Shown: positions 27,870 through 39,054, numbered from the stretch's first letter. The stretch is DNA of 64,000 nt from an uncultured bacterium (GCA_963746775.1 CAVVCK010000001.1:147050-211049); one strand, 5' to 3'. A program made the numbers and translations. Notes: generated by a model from the letters alone, not told the origin.

Positions 27870-29293
27870 AATTATGGAAAAGAAAAACATTGTTGATTTT
27901 AGCTTTTAGTCTTTTTTTTATTATTGCTCCTATTTTAGTTTTTTACGCTATGGGTTATCGTTATGATTTTAAAAATAAAATTTTCCGACAAATAGGAATG
28001 ATTATTTTAGAATCAAAACCTGATAGTGCCGATATCTATATAAATAATGACTATAACTCAAAGACTCCTTTTAGAATCAAAAATTTACTACCTAATGAAT
28101 ACTCTGTCAAAATAAGTAAAGATGGGTTTAATTCTTGGGAGAAAATATTGAATGTTGAATCAAAAAAAGTAACTTGGGCTTCGAATATAGTTTTGTTTTA
28201 CAAAGAGCCAGAAACCAAGGATTTATCAGATATTAAATTTAATAATTCTAGTATTTCTCCCAATTATAAAAAAATCATAGCCTCCTCAAATGATCAAGAG
28301 AATTATGGTTTGTGGCTTTTTGATTTAGATACAGGACAATCAAAAAATATATACCCTGGAAGTAATTCTGATTTAATCTCTCCTATATCCGAAAATGATT
28401 ATCGTAATTTAGAATATTCCAATTTTAAATGGTCACCAAACAGTAAAAAATTAATTTTATCAATAAAAAATAAAAAATCAGAAAATACATTAATCCTAGA
28501 TACAGATGAAAATATAAAGCCCATATATTTAAATGATACATACGATTTAATAACACAAGATGTACAATGGAAAAGCAATGAAGAAATATATCTTTTAGAT
28601 AACACTGGCAATATCCATCAGATTGAATTAAATTTAAAATACCCGCCAAAAATAATATTAAATCAAGCTGTTATTTTTCAATTTAATAAAGAAAATAATG
28701 AAATAATATATATATCAAGAGAAGAAAATGGATTTCAATTAATCAGTTATGTAGACAATGCAAAGAATAATATTTTAAATTTACCCAAAGATGAAAATTT
28801 TGAAATAGGAATGGGTATGTATAATAATTTAGCCCTGTTACTAAAAAACAAAAAGGAATTGCTTTTAATAGATACTATAACAAAAGAACCTAGGGTTATT
28901 GGAAATAACATTAATACTTTCAACTGGTCCAAGAGTAAAAATAAATTATTATACCTAGGAAAAAATGAATTATGGTTTTATGCCCTAAAAAAAGAAACTA
29001 CAGACCAAAGTACTTACCTTGCTTACAATTTTAATGAATCAAATTTATTAACAAGATATTCTACAGAAATAAAAAATGCCACTTGGTATTCAAATGAAGA
29101 ATATATAGCTCTATTACTAGAAGATAAAATGAAAATACTTGAATTAGATGGTAGGGAAAAAAGAAACAGCCAAGAATATAATAATAATCTTTTAAATAAA
29201 GACTATTCTATAGGATTCGACAAGAAAGGAGAAAACATTTACTTAATTAATAAAAATAATATCCTTCAAAAAGTAAAAATTACTGAATTTTAA
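27866..29293 (+). CDS. Membrane-anchored PEGA-domain / TolB-like beta-propeller protein
   Basis: N-terminal transmembrane helix; PEGA-like segment SKPDSADIYINNDYNSKTPFRIKNLLPNEYSVKISKDGF; WSPNSKKL-type propeller repeats. Confidence 0.5.
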   Translation: MKLWKRKTLLILAFSLFFIIAPILVFYAMGYRYDFKNKIFRQIGMIILESKPDSADIYINNDYNSKTPFRIKNLLPNEYSVKISKDGFNSWEKILNVESKKVTWASNIVLFYKEPETKDLSDIKFNNSSISPNYKKIIASSNDQENYGLWLFDLDTGQSKNIYPGSNSDLISPISENDYRNLEYSNFKWSPNSKKLILSIKNKKSENTLILDTDENIKPIYLNDTYDLITQDVQWKSNEEIYLLDNTGNIHQIELNLKYPPKIILNQAVIFQFNKENNEIIYISREENGFQLISYVDNAKNNILNLPKDENFEIGMGMYNNLALLLKNKKELLLIDTITKEPRVIGNNINTFNWSKSKNKLLYLGKNELWFYALKKETTDQSTYLAYNFNESNLLTRYSTEIKNATWYSNEEYIALLLEDKMKILELDGREKRNSQEYNNNLLNKDYSIGFDKKGENIYLINKNNILQKVKITEF

Positions 29294-29304
29294 TATTTTT
29301 CTAA

Positions 29305-31005
29305 TTAAATAAATTTATTGTTTTTTAAATAGTCAACAACTTTATCTGCACATTTTTCCATACTTTCCTCTGCAGGTTTTAATTCTATTTCAGGATTTTC
29401 TGGTATTTCATAGGGATCAGAAATTCCTGTAAAGTTTTTAATTTCTCCATTTCTTGCTTTTTTATACAATCCTTTTTTATCTCTTTTTTCACAAACCTCA
29501 AGTGGAGTATTAGTGTATATTTCTATAAAATTATCTATTTTTAACCTTAAATCATTCCTTTGTTTGATATAAGGAGATACAAAAGAAGCTATAACACCTA
29601 CGCTATTTCTACTTAAAAGTTTAGCTACAAAACCTATTCTTCTTATATTTTCATCTCTATCATCTTTAGAAAATCCTAAATCTCTAGTTAAAGATTCTCT
29701 AACAATATCACCGTCTAATCTTTCAACTTTGTATTCATCTTTTTTTAAAATTTCATAAACTTTATCTGCAATAGTACTCTTGCCAGACTGAGAAAGCCCA
29801 GTGAACCATAAAACAAATCCTTTTTTATTTTTATATGTTTTTTTCTCATACATAGAATCTGCTAATGGATTTTTACTATTAGTTAAAACGTTGTAAACCT
29901 CTGGCCTAATTAAATATTCAGGTAATTTTTTCTTATTTTTTACATCTTCTCTCAATTTAGTAATGCTAAAAAAAATAGCATCATCTTCATCACATTCATC
30001 TGCAAAACAATGTTTTTTTCTTCTATTATCATAAACTATTTCTGGAAATTTTAAAATCTCTATACCTATTTCTTCTTTTTTGAAGTTATTAAATATATCT
30101 TGTGCTGTAAATGGTTTATAATAATTTCCCACACCAGCACGATCCCTACCAACTATAAAATGTGAACAACCATAATTTTTTCCGATTAAAGCACGAAAAA
30201 TGGCTTCTCTAGGACCAGCATATCTCATTTTTAAAGGCAAGATACCTAATACCACCTTATTTTTAGGATAATACTTATCAATTATAGCCTCATAGCAGCT
30301 AATAATATATTCATCTTTAAAATTTTCTAATTTCTTTTTGCCAATTACTGGTTGTATAAAAAGCCCATCAACTTTTTTTAAAGCTTCTTTTTGTAAAAAT
30401 TCATGGCCTCGATGAGGAACATTCCTTGTTTGGAAAGCAACAATTTTATTCCATCCCCTACCTTGAAATATTTTTCTTATCTTCTCTGGAGTAAAATTAT
30501 ATTCTTTAAATAATTCTTCTCGACCATCTAATAAAAAAACTTTCCCCCCAATTAAATATTCCTTCATCCGAAAAACATCTTCCACCCCTGGATGCCTAAT
30601 ATCTAAAGTTTTAAAAATATTTTCAGCTAATATTTTTTTACTATATTTATAAACCTCAATATCTTCTAATAAAGCTACCGGGATATTATTATATTTATTA
30701 ACTAATAATAATTTCTGTTTATTTCTTATTCTATTATAATCATCTTTTGAAATATCTAAGACAATTGGTATCGACCACACTAAGCCACTAGATAAACGCA
30801 TTTCTTTTATAACACTTTCAAAATCATCTTCACCTAAAAAGCCTTTTAATGGAGAATAAACACCTCGAGCTATATTTTTTACGTCTTTTAATTGTTCATC
30901 ATTTAAAATCAAAGTGGTATACTCATTCTTTTTACTTAAAATTTCTCTACTCTTATTAGGATTTAGAACACCATCAACTAATTTACCTCCATGAGGTTTA
31001 ATCAT
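29305..31005 (-). CDS. Bifunctional sulfate adenylyltransferase (ATP sulfurylase) / adenylylsulfate kinase
   Basis: N-terminal sulfurylase with QTRNVPHRGHEFL (HxxH). C-terminal APS kinase with P-loop GFVLWFTGLSQSGKST; 566 aa. Confidence 0.85.
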   Translation of the reverse strand: MIKPHGGKLVDGVLNPNKSREILSKKNEYTTLILNDEQLKDVKNIARGVYSPLKGFLGEDDFESVIKEMRLSSGLVWSIPIVLDISKDDYNRIRNKQKLLLVNKYNNIPVALLEDIEVYKYSKKILAENIFKTLDIRHPGVEDVFRMKEYLIGGKVFLLDGREELFKEYNFTPEKIRKIFQGRGWNKIVAFQTRNVPHRGHEFLQKEALKKVDGLFIQPVIGKKKLENFKDEYIISCYEAIIDKYYPKNKVVLGILPLKMRYAGPREAIFRALIGKNYGCSHFIVGRDRAGVGNYYKPFTAQDIFNNFKKEEIGIEILKFPEIVYDNRRKKHCFADECDEDDAIFFSITKLREDVKNKKKLPEYLIRPEVYNVLTNSKNPLADSMYEKKTYKNKKGFVLWFTGLSQSGKSTIADKVYEILKKDEYKVERLDGDIVRESLTRDLGFSKDDRDENIRRIGFVAKLLSRNSVGVIASFVSPYIKQRNDLRLKIDNFIEIYTNTPLEVCEKRDKKGLYKKARNGEIKNFTGISDPYEIPENPEIELKPAEESMEKCADKVVDYLKNNKFI

Positions 31006-31786
31006 TTCTTAAAAAATTAATTATTTTATTATGAACTAATTTATTACTTGCTAAAATCCCTCGTTCATTTTTCCTATTCTCTTCATTATAAGAGATTCTA
31101 TTCCCTATCGTATCAGTTATTTTTCCTCCCGCTTCCCTTAATATAATTTCTGGTGCACAACTATCCCATTTGCCCATTTTATTAGTAAGATTAAAAAATA
31201 TATCTGCTTTATTCTCCGCAATTAAGCCAATTTTAATGCCATTGCTGCCTGATTTTATTATTTTTTTTATACCCATCAATTTTGCTAATTGAATATCATG
31301 TGGTCCTAAGTGATTTCTGCTGAAAATTATCCTGCATTCAGATAAATTATTATTATTTGAAACTTGAAGTTTTTTAATATTACCATTTTCTTTTAGATAA
31401 GCTCCTTTCCTTAATTGAGCATAGTACATTTTATTTTTACTCGGCTGATATACTATTCCCAAAATAGGCTTATTATCCTCAACTAAACCAACCATTATGG
31501 AAAATTCTCCAGTTTTTTGAATGAAATCCATAGTACCATCTAGTGGGTCCACTATCCAAAATTTTTTATAACTTTTATTTATTTTATTATTTGACTCTTC
31601 AGATATTATAGGCCAATTATATTTTTTTAAACCTTCCTCTATTATTTTGTTAGCAACCAAATCCGCTTCTGTTACTGGTGATTTATCTTCTTTATTATAT
31701 ATACTATATTTTTTATTATATATTTTTAAAATTTCTTCGCCAACATTATATATAATATCTAAAGTATTCTCTAATAATTTATCCAT
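30998..31786 (-). CDS. cysQ: 3'(2'),5'-bisphosphate nucleotidase / inositol monophosphatase family (CysQ-like)
   Basis: WIVDPLDGTMDF motif; 262 aa; overlaps the sat/cysC start by 8 nt. Confidence 0.75.
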   Translation of the reverse strand: MDKLLENTLDIIYNVGEEILKIYNKKYSIYNKEDKSPVTEADLVANKIIEEGLKKYNWPIISEESNNKINKSYKKFWIVDPLDGTMDFIQKTGEFSIMVGLVEDNKPILGIVYQPSKNKMYYAQLRKGAYLKENGNIKKLQVSNNNNLSECRIIFSRNHLGPHDIQLAKLMGIKKIIKSGSNGIKIGLIAENKADIFFNLTNKMGKWDSCAPEIILREAGGKITDTIGNRISYNEENRKNERGILASNKLVHNKIINFLRND

Positions 31787-31853
31787 TTTAATCTTTTATA
31801 TAAAAAAGCTCAAAAAGAGCTTTTTGAAATACTTAATAATTATAAAATAATAG

Positions 31854-32282
31854 CTAACGTTTCTGCCATTGTGGAGCACGTCTTGCTCTTTTTAAGCCAC
31901 ATTTCTTTCTTTCCTTCATACGTGGATCTCTTTTTAATAAATTTTCTTTCTTCAAGGAAATCCTATAATCTTCATTTTTAAGCTTTAGGGTTCTAGCTAT
32001 TCCATGTCTTATTGCTTCAACCTGACCATTTTTACCTCCACCCTTTACTACCACTTTAACATCACATTTGTTTTTTTCATTAACAATTTCCAAAGGAAAA
32101 AAAACATTTTGCTGCATCTCTTGTGTAGGAAAATATTCTTCTAGTTTTTTGCCATTAATTTCTATCTTGCCACTACCCTTATATAATCTAACTTGAGCTC
32201 TAGATTCTTTTCTTCTGCCAACGGCATATATATATTTTTTCACTTCTTGTTTAATATTTTTTTCTTCTTTAGTCATTATCAT
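31854..32282 (-). CDS. rpsI: 30S ribosomal protein S9
   Basis: GGGKNGQVEAIRHGIARTL and C-terminal KKCGLKRARRAPQWQKR. Confidence 0.95.
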   Translation of the reverse strand: MIMTKEEKNIKQEVKKYIYAVGRRKESRAQVRLYKGSGKIEINGKKLEEYFPTQEMQQNVFFPLEIVNEKNKCDVKVVVKGGGKNGQVEAIRHGIARTLKLKNEDYRISLKKENLLKRDPRMKERKKCGLKRARRAPQWQKR

Positions 32283-32701
32283 TGATTTTCTTTTAATATA
32301 TTCTCATAAGGATGTTTTTCATCTAAAAATATCTTCAATCTTGCTAATCTTTGTGGTCTATTCTTATCAGCTGATAGCATTCCTCCAACAGTTTTCTTTA
32401 TAACCCACTCCGCATCTTTAACAAATTTATTTTCAAAGTTAGTACTTTTGAGCCCTCCTGGATAACCTGAATAATGATAATAAATTTTGTTTTTGTCTTT
32501 CTTACCAGATAATTTTATATTTTTGGTATTGATTAAAATAACATAATCACCTAAATCTTGATGAGGACTATAGAACACTTTTTTCTTACCAGAAAGAATT
32601 AAGGCAATATCAGAAGATAATCGTCCCAACGTCTTATTATTGGCATCAATAAGATGCCATTTTCTCTTTATATCCTTATCTTTTAGTATAAATGTTTTCA
32701 T
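32279..32701 (-). CDS. rplM: 50S ribosomal protein L13
   Basis: N-terminus KRKWHLIDANNKTLGRLSSDIA; 4-nt overlap with rpsI. Confidence 0.95.
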   Translation of the reverse strand: MKTFILKDKDIKRKWHLIDANNKTLGRLSSDIALILSGKKKVFYSPHQDLGDYVILINTKNIKLSGKKDKNKIYYHYSGYPGGLKSTNFENKFVKDAEWVIKKTVGGMLSADKNRPQRLARLKIFLDEKHPYENILKENQ

Positions 32702-32704
32702 ATT

Positions 32705-33058
32705 TTAAACTAATTCTATTTGAACTAACAAAGCATTGTCACCTTTTCTTTCTTTAAGTTTTAATATTCTAGTATACCCACCATTTTTCTCTTTATATTT
32801 AGGTGCAATTTCCTTAATTAATTTTTTCTCAATAATTTTATTACTAATTAGATTATTAATTTTTCTTTTTGAATTTAAAGACTTATCTTCTTTAGACAAA
32901 TTTATTAATTTTTCAACTAGTGGCTGCATAAATTTTGCTTTATCAATAGTAGTTTTTATTTTACCATTAGACAACAAATTACAAGCAAGTATTTTATTTA
33001 AAGACTTTCTTGGTCCACTTTTTCTACCTAATTTTACACCTTTCTTTTTATGACGCAT
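32705..33058 (-). CDS. rplQ: 50S ribosomal protein L17
   Basis: MRHKKKGVKLGRKSGPRKSL..TTIDKAKFMQPLVEKLI. Confidence 0.9.
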   Translation of the reverse strand: MRHKKKGVKLGRKSGPRKSLNKILACNLLSNGKIKTTIDKAKFMQPLVEKLINLSKEDKSLNSKRKINNLISNKIIEKKLIKEIAPKYKEKNGGYTRILKLKERKGDNALLVQIELV

Positions 33059-33062
33059 ATTT

Positions 33063-34028
33063 TTACTTTTCTACTAATTGAACATTATATTTTTTTAATG
33101 CCTTTTGAACTTCTTGCAGAGCTGTTTGTCCAAAACCAGGTAATTTTAATAGTTCTTTTATCTTCTTTTTTGACAAGTCATTTACATTTCTTATTTTAGC
33201 TTTATCTAAGGCATTAAATGTTCTGGTTGAAAAATTAAGTTCAGAAATAGAAACCTCATCTTCTTTATTTTCTTTTTTTACATCTTTTTCATTCTCTTTT
33301 AATTCCTTTTCTTTTTTAACTTCTTCAATTAAATCTTTTACTTTATTAATATCAGAAATAATACTAAACTGTTTTATTAAAATATCAGCAGATTCAACTA
33401 AAGCCTCTAGAGGCGTTATTGTTCCGTCCGTCTTTATTTTAATCTCTAATTGATCAAAATCAGTTCTTTTTCCAACTCTGATATTTTTAACTTCAAAACC
33501 TACAGCTAAAACTGGTGTAAAGATAGAGTCTATGGCTATCATTCCAATTTCAGAATCATTAACATTTTTTTGTTCCAAAGGAACATAACCTCTGCCCTTT
33601 TCAACAATAATTTCCATATCTAACTCAGTATCTTTACTAGTAGATTCAGCTATTTTAAGATCGGTATTGATAATTTTTACATCTGAATTTTTCTCTATAT
33701 CAGCAGCAGTAATAATTTTTTTACCTCTTGTGTGTAATTCTAATTTTACTGGTTCTTCTGTGTGCATTTCCAACCTTAGAGATTTTAAACTAGAGATTAT
33801 TTGAATTAAATCTTCTTTAATACTAGGTATTGTAGAAAATTCATGATCAACACCCTTAATTCTTATTGCTGAAACAGCAGCCCCAGATAGAGAAGACAAT
33901 AGGACTCTTCGTAAGGCATTACCTATAGTAGTCCCATACCCTGAATAACAAGGTTCAATTATTATTATAGCTTCATTTCCCTTATTTTCTTTTATAGAAA
34001 CTTTAGAGGGTACAATTATTTCTTCCAT
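33063..34028 (-). CDS. rpoA: DNA-directed RNA polymerase alpha subunit
   Basis: IEPCYSGYGTTIGNALRRVLLSSLSGAAVSAIRI; C-terminal domain present; 321 aa. Confidence 0.95.
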   Translation of the reverse strand: MEEIIVPSKVSIKENKGNEAIIIIEPCYSGYGTTIGNALRRVLLSSLSGAAVSAIRIKGVDHEFSTIPSIKEDLIQIISSLKSLRLEMHTEEPVKLELHTRGKKIITAADIEKNSDVKIINTDLKIAESTSKDTELDMEIIVEKGRGYVPLEQKNVNDSEIGMIAIDSIFTPVLAVGFEVKNIRVGKRTDFDQLEIKIKTDGTITPLEALVESADILIKQFSIISDINKVKDLIEEVKKEKELKENEKDVKKENKEDEVSISELNFSTRTFNALDKAKIRNVNDLSKKKIKELLKLPGFGQTALQEVQKALKKYNVQLVEK

Positions 34029-34050
34029 ATTATTTTAATTTATAAACTAT

Positions 34051-34680
34051 TTATTTAGAATAATACTCAACAATAAGCTGTGTATTAATACTATTATCAA
34101 TTTCTTCTATCTTTGGTAAATCTATTATTTCAGCCTTAAAGTTTTTTGCATCTTTTTTAAGCCAGCTAACAATAGATTCTGTTGTTTTTACTTTTGCTAA
34201 ATCAGAAAAATAAGGTTTTTTTAATGAATTAGTTTTAACTTCTATAACATCTCCAACTTTAACTTGGAAAGAAGAAATATTAACTACTCTACCGTTTACT
34301 TTAACGTGTCTATGACTAACTATCTGCCTTGCTCCATTCCTTGACTTAGCAATTCCTAATCTAAAAACTACATTATCTAAACGTCTTTCTAATAGTTGCA
34401 ACAACAGCGAACCGGTAACTCCTTTCTTTTTACTAGCTTTTATGAAATAATTCTTAAATTGTTTCTCCAATAATCCATAAATTTTCCTAGCTTTCTGTTT
34501 CTCTCTAAGGTGAGTATTATAATCACTCATGTTTTTGGAATTTGCTGGACCATGCATTCCTGGCACATAATTTCTTCTAGTTATGGAACATTTTTGAGTA
34601 TAACAACGTTCACCTTTTAAAAAAAGCTTTTCACCTTCTCTTCGACATTTTTTACATTTTGGACTCAAATTTTTTGCCAT
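34051..34680 (-). CDS. rpsD: 30S ribosomal protein S4
   Basis: N-terminal Cys cluster PKCKKCRREGEKLFLKGERCYTQKC; 209 aa. Confidence 0.95.
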   Translation of the reverse strand: MAKNLSPKCKKCRREGEKLFLKGERCYTQKCSITRRNYVPGMHGPANSKNMSDYNTHLREKQKARKIYGLLEKQFKNYFIKASKKKGVTGSLLLQLLERRLDNVVFRLGIAKSRNGARQIVSHRHVKVNGRVVNISSFQVKVGDVIEVKTNSLKKPYFSDLAKVKTTESIVSWLKKDAKNFKAEIIDLPKIEEIDNSINTQLIVEYYSK

Positions 34681-34700
34681 CTATAATAAAATAATTATTA

Positions 34701-35129
34701 TTAAACTCTTCTAACTTTAGGGGGACGACACCCATTATGTGGAATAGGAGTAACGTCTTTAATAGATATTACTTTCAATCCATAGGTATTTAGCGCTCTT
34801 ATTGCCGATTCTCTACCGCCACCAACACCTTTTACAAAAACATCAATTTCAGATAAGCCAGTATCTTTAATATGATCAACTACATACTTAGCAATTTCAG
34901 TAGCAGCAAAAGGAGTAGATCTTTTTGCTCCTTTAAACCCTAAAACACCAGCGCTTCCCCAAAAAACAACTCTACCATTCAAATCAGTAATAGTAATAAT
35001 AGTATTATTATAGGTTGATTGAATATAAGCTCTTCCCTTAGATAATTTTATCTTTATTCTTTTACTGCCTTTTTTTGTAATTGAAGACTTTGATTCAGAT
35101 TTTTTTTCAGTTGTATTTTTTTTAACCAT
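34701..35129 (-). CDS. rpsK: 30S ribosomal protein S11
   Basis: [30 protein letters not shown]. Confidence 0.95.
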   Translation of the reverse strand: MVKKNTTEKKSESKSSITKKGSKRIKIKLSKGRAYIQSTYNNTIITITDLNGRVVFWGSAGVLGFKGAKRSTPFAATEIAKYVVDHIKDTGLSEIDVFVKGVGGGRESAIRALNTYGLKVISIKDVTPIPHNGCRPPKVRRV

Positions 35130-35141
35130 ATAAAATTATTA

Positions 35142-35531
35142 TTATGTTTTTTCTGCTGCTGCTTTTCTTCCACTGCCAGCTGTCTTTCTAATATTACCAC
35201 GTACTGTCCTGGAATTAGTTTTGGTTCTCTGTCCTCTGACTGGTAAACCTTTTTTGTGTCTATCACCTCTATGGCATCCTATTTCTTTCAATCTCTTTAT
35301 ATTTAACATTTTTGTTCTGCGTAAATCACCTTCTACTTCATACTTTTCAATAATATTTTTTAAACTTGCTATTTCATTTTCTGTTAAATCTTTTACTCTT
35401 TTATTATTATCAATATTTGCTTTTTTTAAAATTTCCTTACTCAAAGAGCAACCTATACCATATATATAAGTTAATCCAATTTCTACTATTTTATTGGCTG
35501 GTATTTCTGTGCCAGCTATTCTAACTATCAT
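35142..35531 (-). CDS. rpsM: 30S ribosomal protein S13
   Basis: [27 protein letters not shown]. Confidence 0.95.
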   Translation of the reverse strand: MIVRIAGTEIPANKIVEIGLTYIYGIGCSLSKEILKKANIDNNKRVKDLTENEIASLKNIIEKYEVEGDLRRTKMLNIKRLKEIGCHRGDRHKKGLPVRGQRTKTNSRTVRGNIRKTAGSGRKAAAEKT

Positions 35532-35557
35532 GAATGTTTAATATTTTATTTGCTATT

Positions 35558-35671
35558 TTATCCTTGTCTCTGTTTATGTTTTGGATTACTGCAAATAACA
35601 TAAAGCTTACCTTTACGTTTTACAATTTTACAATTATTACAAAATTTTTTAATAGAAGATCTTACTTTCAT
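35558..35671 (-). CDS. rpmJ: 50S ribosomal protein L36 (absent from the ORF track because it is shorter than 60 aa)
   Basis: The minus strand encodes [37 protein letters not shown] (37 aa) between infA and rpsM. Confidence 0.85.
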   Translation of the reverse strand: MKVRSSIKKFCNNCKIVKRKGKLYVICSNPKHKQRQG

Positions 35672-35734
35672 CTTGTTATAAAAAAACTAACCTGTCTCAA
35701 AAGACAGTGGATTAAAATAATTTTATTTCCATTA

Positions 35735-35980
35735 TTAGTGGCGCTGGATAATTCGTCCCTTACTCAAGTCATAAGGAGTTAGCTCAATAGTCACTTTATC
35801 ACCCGGCAAAACTTTAATCGAATACATTCTCATTTTTCCAGAAACTTTTGCTAAAATCTCATGCCCATTTTCTAATTTCACTTTAAATGTAGTTGATGGT
35901 AATGCTTCTAAAACAACCCCTTCTACCTCAATTACATCTTTGCCTGAATTACTTTTACTTGAGTCTTTCTTATTGTCCAT
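35735..35980 (-). CDS. infA: Translation initiation factor IF-1
   Basis: ..[57 protein letters not shown]. Confidence 0.9.
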   Translation of the reverse strand: MDNKKDSSKSNSGKDVIEVEGVVLEALPSTTFKVKLENGHEILAKVSGKMRMYSIKVLPGDKVTIELTPYDLSKGRIIQRH

Positions 35981-35994
35981 GTTTATATTATTTT

Positions 35995-37695
35995 TTACTC
36001 CCCCATTTTATCAATATTTTCAGAAGTGTCAAGAATAATTATAATTTTTTTCTCTATTTGAGGAACTTTTTTTATCCAAAAAGGCCATAAATCAATTTTT
36101 ATATTTTCTCCAGTAGAATTTTCTAATAAGTATTTTGTAGCTTCTTCGCTAGTTTTACCCTTTATCGCTTTTTTGATTAACTTTTCATCAATTTTCCAAC
36201 CTACTTTTTTATTAATATGTAATTTTAAATCTAATTTTTTATATTCTATATTAAAATCAATTTTTTCGAAATCAATACCTTCTTCTACATTTTTATTAAT
36301 AAAAAATTTTTCTTGAGATAATTCATTATCTAAATTAGTAAAAACTAGTTTTTCTAAATCACTTTTACTAAAACTCATAGTTATTATTTTTGCTCTAAGC
36401 TCCATTTCAAAACCATCCATTTCTTTCTCATTTTCTCCATCAGTTTTTAACTCAATGATTTCACTCTGAGTTGCATTCTTAATAATCATATCTCCTTTTT
36501 CAACATTGCCCTGTATTTCCTCAAACCCTTTTTGGAAAATATCCTCTAGCAATAATTCTTTTGCTTTAGTTAAATCTTCCTCTGTAACTATTTTTACCTT
36601 TTTAGTAGTTCCACCAGTGATTGAATCTTCAGATTGACCATATATATTTTTTTGCTTTATAGAAGCTAGCCCAGGAATAATAAAATCAGAAGGACCTATA
36701 TTATATTCCTCACCTGATTTTTCAGCTTCAACTAAAACCTCTATTTCCCCTGACACTTGTTGTCCATTTTCGATTTTTGCTCCCGGAATAGTTACTTCAG
36801 ATAATAAAAAATAAGTTTTACCTTGTGATTGTAACCTGGTTGAAGCAACCAATACTTGAGGATTTGAAGAATAACTATTATATAGAATAACAGTTCCCCT
36901 GGCTTTTACACCTGCATCTTTTTCCCCTGTAGAATCAAATTTCTTGCGATCACTTTTTATTTCTGCTTCTTCTATTCTGCCTGGGATAATTTTATTTCCT
37001 TGATCTAAACTAGCTACATTACCACTTACAGTAATTTCTAGATCACTGGCAAAAGGTTCCGCTTTGGGAGAAATTGTAATTGTTGCTTTAGGTAAAACAA
37101 CAAAAAATATTATACTAATTAATATAAAACTTATTAAGAAAAAAAACAGAAGACTTCTAAAACCAAATGAGGGCAATAAAACCACTTTCTCTTTAATTGA
37201 TTTTTTTGATGCTCTTTTCCTTTTCGAATTTTTTTTATTGTTGAAAATATTTAAAAATGATTTATCTTTTTTCTTAGAATCATTACTTCTAATAACTTTA
37301 CTATTTTTTTGAAAAGAATTATCATCCTCTGGTTCATTTATTGAGTCTCTATTATCATTTTTCAAGAAATTCTCAATGTTAATTTTATTTTCTTCTTCTT
37401 TTTCTTCATTTTTTACCTTCTCGATACTTTCTTCATTATCTTTAAGAGTTTTACTAACTCTAAATCCACTTTTTTTAGCTAAATTAAAGCCTGTTTCATC
37501 TGAAGTTACTATTAAAATATCTTTATCCAATAAATCAATTTGTTTTTTTAACAACTTCAAATTAACTATGCTTTGAGTTAATGAAGCACGTTTTGGAAAA
37601 AATAAAGCTATATTTTGTTTATCTTGAACTTTTTTAATTTTATCAATAACAGAGGTAATCTCTTCGTCAATATCAAGATAAATTACTTTGAGCAT
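35995..37695 (-). CDS. Hypothetical bitopic membrane protein (cytoplasmic N-domain, K/N/E-rich linker, one TM helix, large extracytoplasmic domain)
   Basis: 566 aa; TM helix [20 protein letters not shown] around aa 175-195; no recognised motif; lies between ftsA-like and infA. Confidence 0.4.
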   Translation of the reverse strand: MLKVIYLDIDEEITSVIDKIKKVQDKQNIALFFPKRASLTQSIVNLKLLKKQIDLLDKDILIVTSDETGFNLAKKSGFRVSKTLKDNEESIEKVKNEEKEEENKINIENFLKNDNRDSINEPEDDNSFQKNSKVIRSNDSKKKDKSFLNIFNNKKNSKRKRASKKSIKEKVVLLPSFGFRSLLFFFLISFILISIIFFVVLPKATITISPKAEPFASDLEITVSGNVASLDQGNKIIPGRIEEAEIKSDRKKFDSTGEKDAGVKARGTVILYNSYSSNPQVLVASTRLQSQGKTYFLLSEVTIPGAKIENGQQVSGEIEVLVEAEKSGEEYNIGPSDFIIPGLASIKQKNIYGQSEDSITGGTTKKVKIVTEEDLTKAKELLLEDIFQKGFEEIQGNVEKGDMIIKNATQSEIIELKTDGENEKEMDGFEMELRAKIITMSFSKSDLEKLVFTNLDNELSQEKFFINKNVEEGIDFEKIDFNIEYKKLDLKLHINKKVGWKIDEKLIKKAIKGKTSEEATKYLLENSTGENIKIDLWPFWIKKVPQIEKKIIIILDTSENIDKMGE

Positions 37696-37791
37696 AGAAA
37701 ATCATTATTACGATGCTAATATACTAATACGTACTAATTATACGAATGAATTTATTAGTATCATTAGTATTAATTCGCATATTGGCATCGA

Positions 37792-39054
37792 TCATGTTTG
37801 TATCATTTGTACTGCTCGACGCAATATACGATGAACAGAATCTTCTTCACCTGCCAAATCTATAGCTAAATTAGCTAGAGCCATTGGAGTAATATCCTGC
37901 TGAGATTTCAATTTACCCGTTTTATCAATTATATTAATAACATCTTCTGGCTTAATGTAATAAACCCTAGGTTCTTTGGCAAATGGTAAATTTTCTAGCC
38001 ATGTTTTACTCAAAAGTGAAGATTTAATTCCTGGTAATACACTACCGCCTCCGCACAATAATATTTGAGAAGGTAATAAATCTACATTTGTAAATTCAGA
38101 TAAAGCCAGCTCAATGCCTGATAACCAAACCTGGCAATCTGATTCAAGAGCATTTTTTACTTTTACCATCATATCCTCAGATACTTTTCCTTGAGAATAT
38201 TTAATTTTAATCTCTTCGGCATCCTTAAAACTCATACCTAATTCTTGAGATAACCTTTTGGTAAAAGCTCTGCCGCCTAGGGCAAACATTTTTGTTCCTT
38301 CAATACCACCATCTCTAACTACAGCTACATCCGTAGTACCGCCTCCTATATCTATAAAGATAGCCGAAAATTCTACAGAATTTTCAATCCCCATGCATCT
38401 AGCCACAGCATAAGGCTGACAGGCAACTGATAATAGATCTAAATCAAGTTCTGAGGCTATGCTTTGCAGAGCACCAAGATGAACTAGCGGAGCATAAGCG
38501 TTAAAAGTAGAGATAGAAACATCTTTGCCTTGAAAACCTAAGGGATTAGTAACTTTATAACCATCTATGCGAACATCTACAATAGCCGCGTTAATTAATT
38601 TAACATCTAGCTCAGAAAATCCTGTTTCCCAAGAAAGCTCTTTTCTTACTTTATCAAAAGCTTTCCATTGGACTTTTTGAATAATATTTTTTAATTCAGA
38701 AATGTCAATTTTACTCTGTGGTCTTGATCTTTCATAATGAACAGTCGTTGTTTTCCCTTTTACTAATTCTCCAGCAATTCCCAAAATAACCTGACTCGGG
38801 CTAACCTGAGCCATTTCTTCGGCTTCAACTATTGCTTTTTCACAAGCATCATATACTCCAGCTATATCGGTAACAGCTCCTGATTGCATATCGCCTAATC
38901 TTTGTTTCTTAATACCAACACCAATCACGTACCCCTTTTTATCTTCCGCTTTTACTTCAAAAATAAGCGCCTTAACATATTCTGTCCCAATATCAAGAGC
39001 TAAGACATAATTGCCCTCATCTTTATTTCCAAAGATTTTATTAAAAATACTCAT
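37792..39054 (-). CDS. ftsA: Actin-family ATPase, FtsA-like cell division protein
   Basis: LALDIGTEYVKALIF (phosphate 1), DIGGGTTDVAVV (phosphate 2), ILLCGGGSVLPGI; 420 aa. No ftsZ adjacent within the window. Confidence 0.6.
   Translation of the reverse strand: MSIFNKIFGNKDEGNYVLALDIGTEYVKALIFEVKAEDKKGYVIGVGIKKQRLGDMQSGAVTDIAGVYDACEKAIVEAEEMAQVSPSQVILGIAGELVKGKTTTVHYERSRPQSKIDISELKNIIQKVQWKAFDKVRKELSWETGFSELDVKLINAAIVDVRIDGYKVTNPLGFQGKDVSISTFNAYAPLVHLGALQSIASELDLDLLSVACQPYAVARCMGIENSVEFSAIFIDIGGGTTDVAVVRDGGIEGTKMFALGGRAFTKRLSQELGMSFKDAEEIKIKYSQGKVSEDMMVKVKNALESDCQVWLSGIELALSEFTNVDLLPSQILLCGGGSVLPGIKSSLLSKTWLENLPFAKEPRVYYIKPEDVINIIDKTGKLKSQQDITPMALANLAIDLAGEEDSVHRILRRAVQMIQT

Noticed and set aside
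37696-37791. Clusters of TACTAAT/ATTAGTA heptamers in the ftsA-downstream spacer and upstream of dnaJ
   Set aside because: AT-only heptamers are expected many times by chance in about 72% A+T DNA, so significance cannot be claimed.
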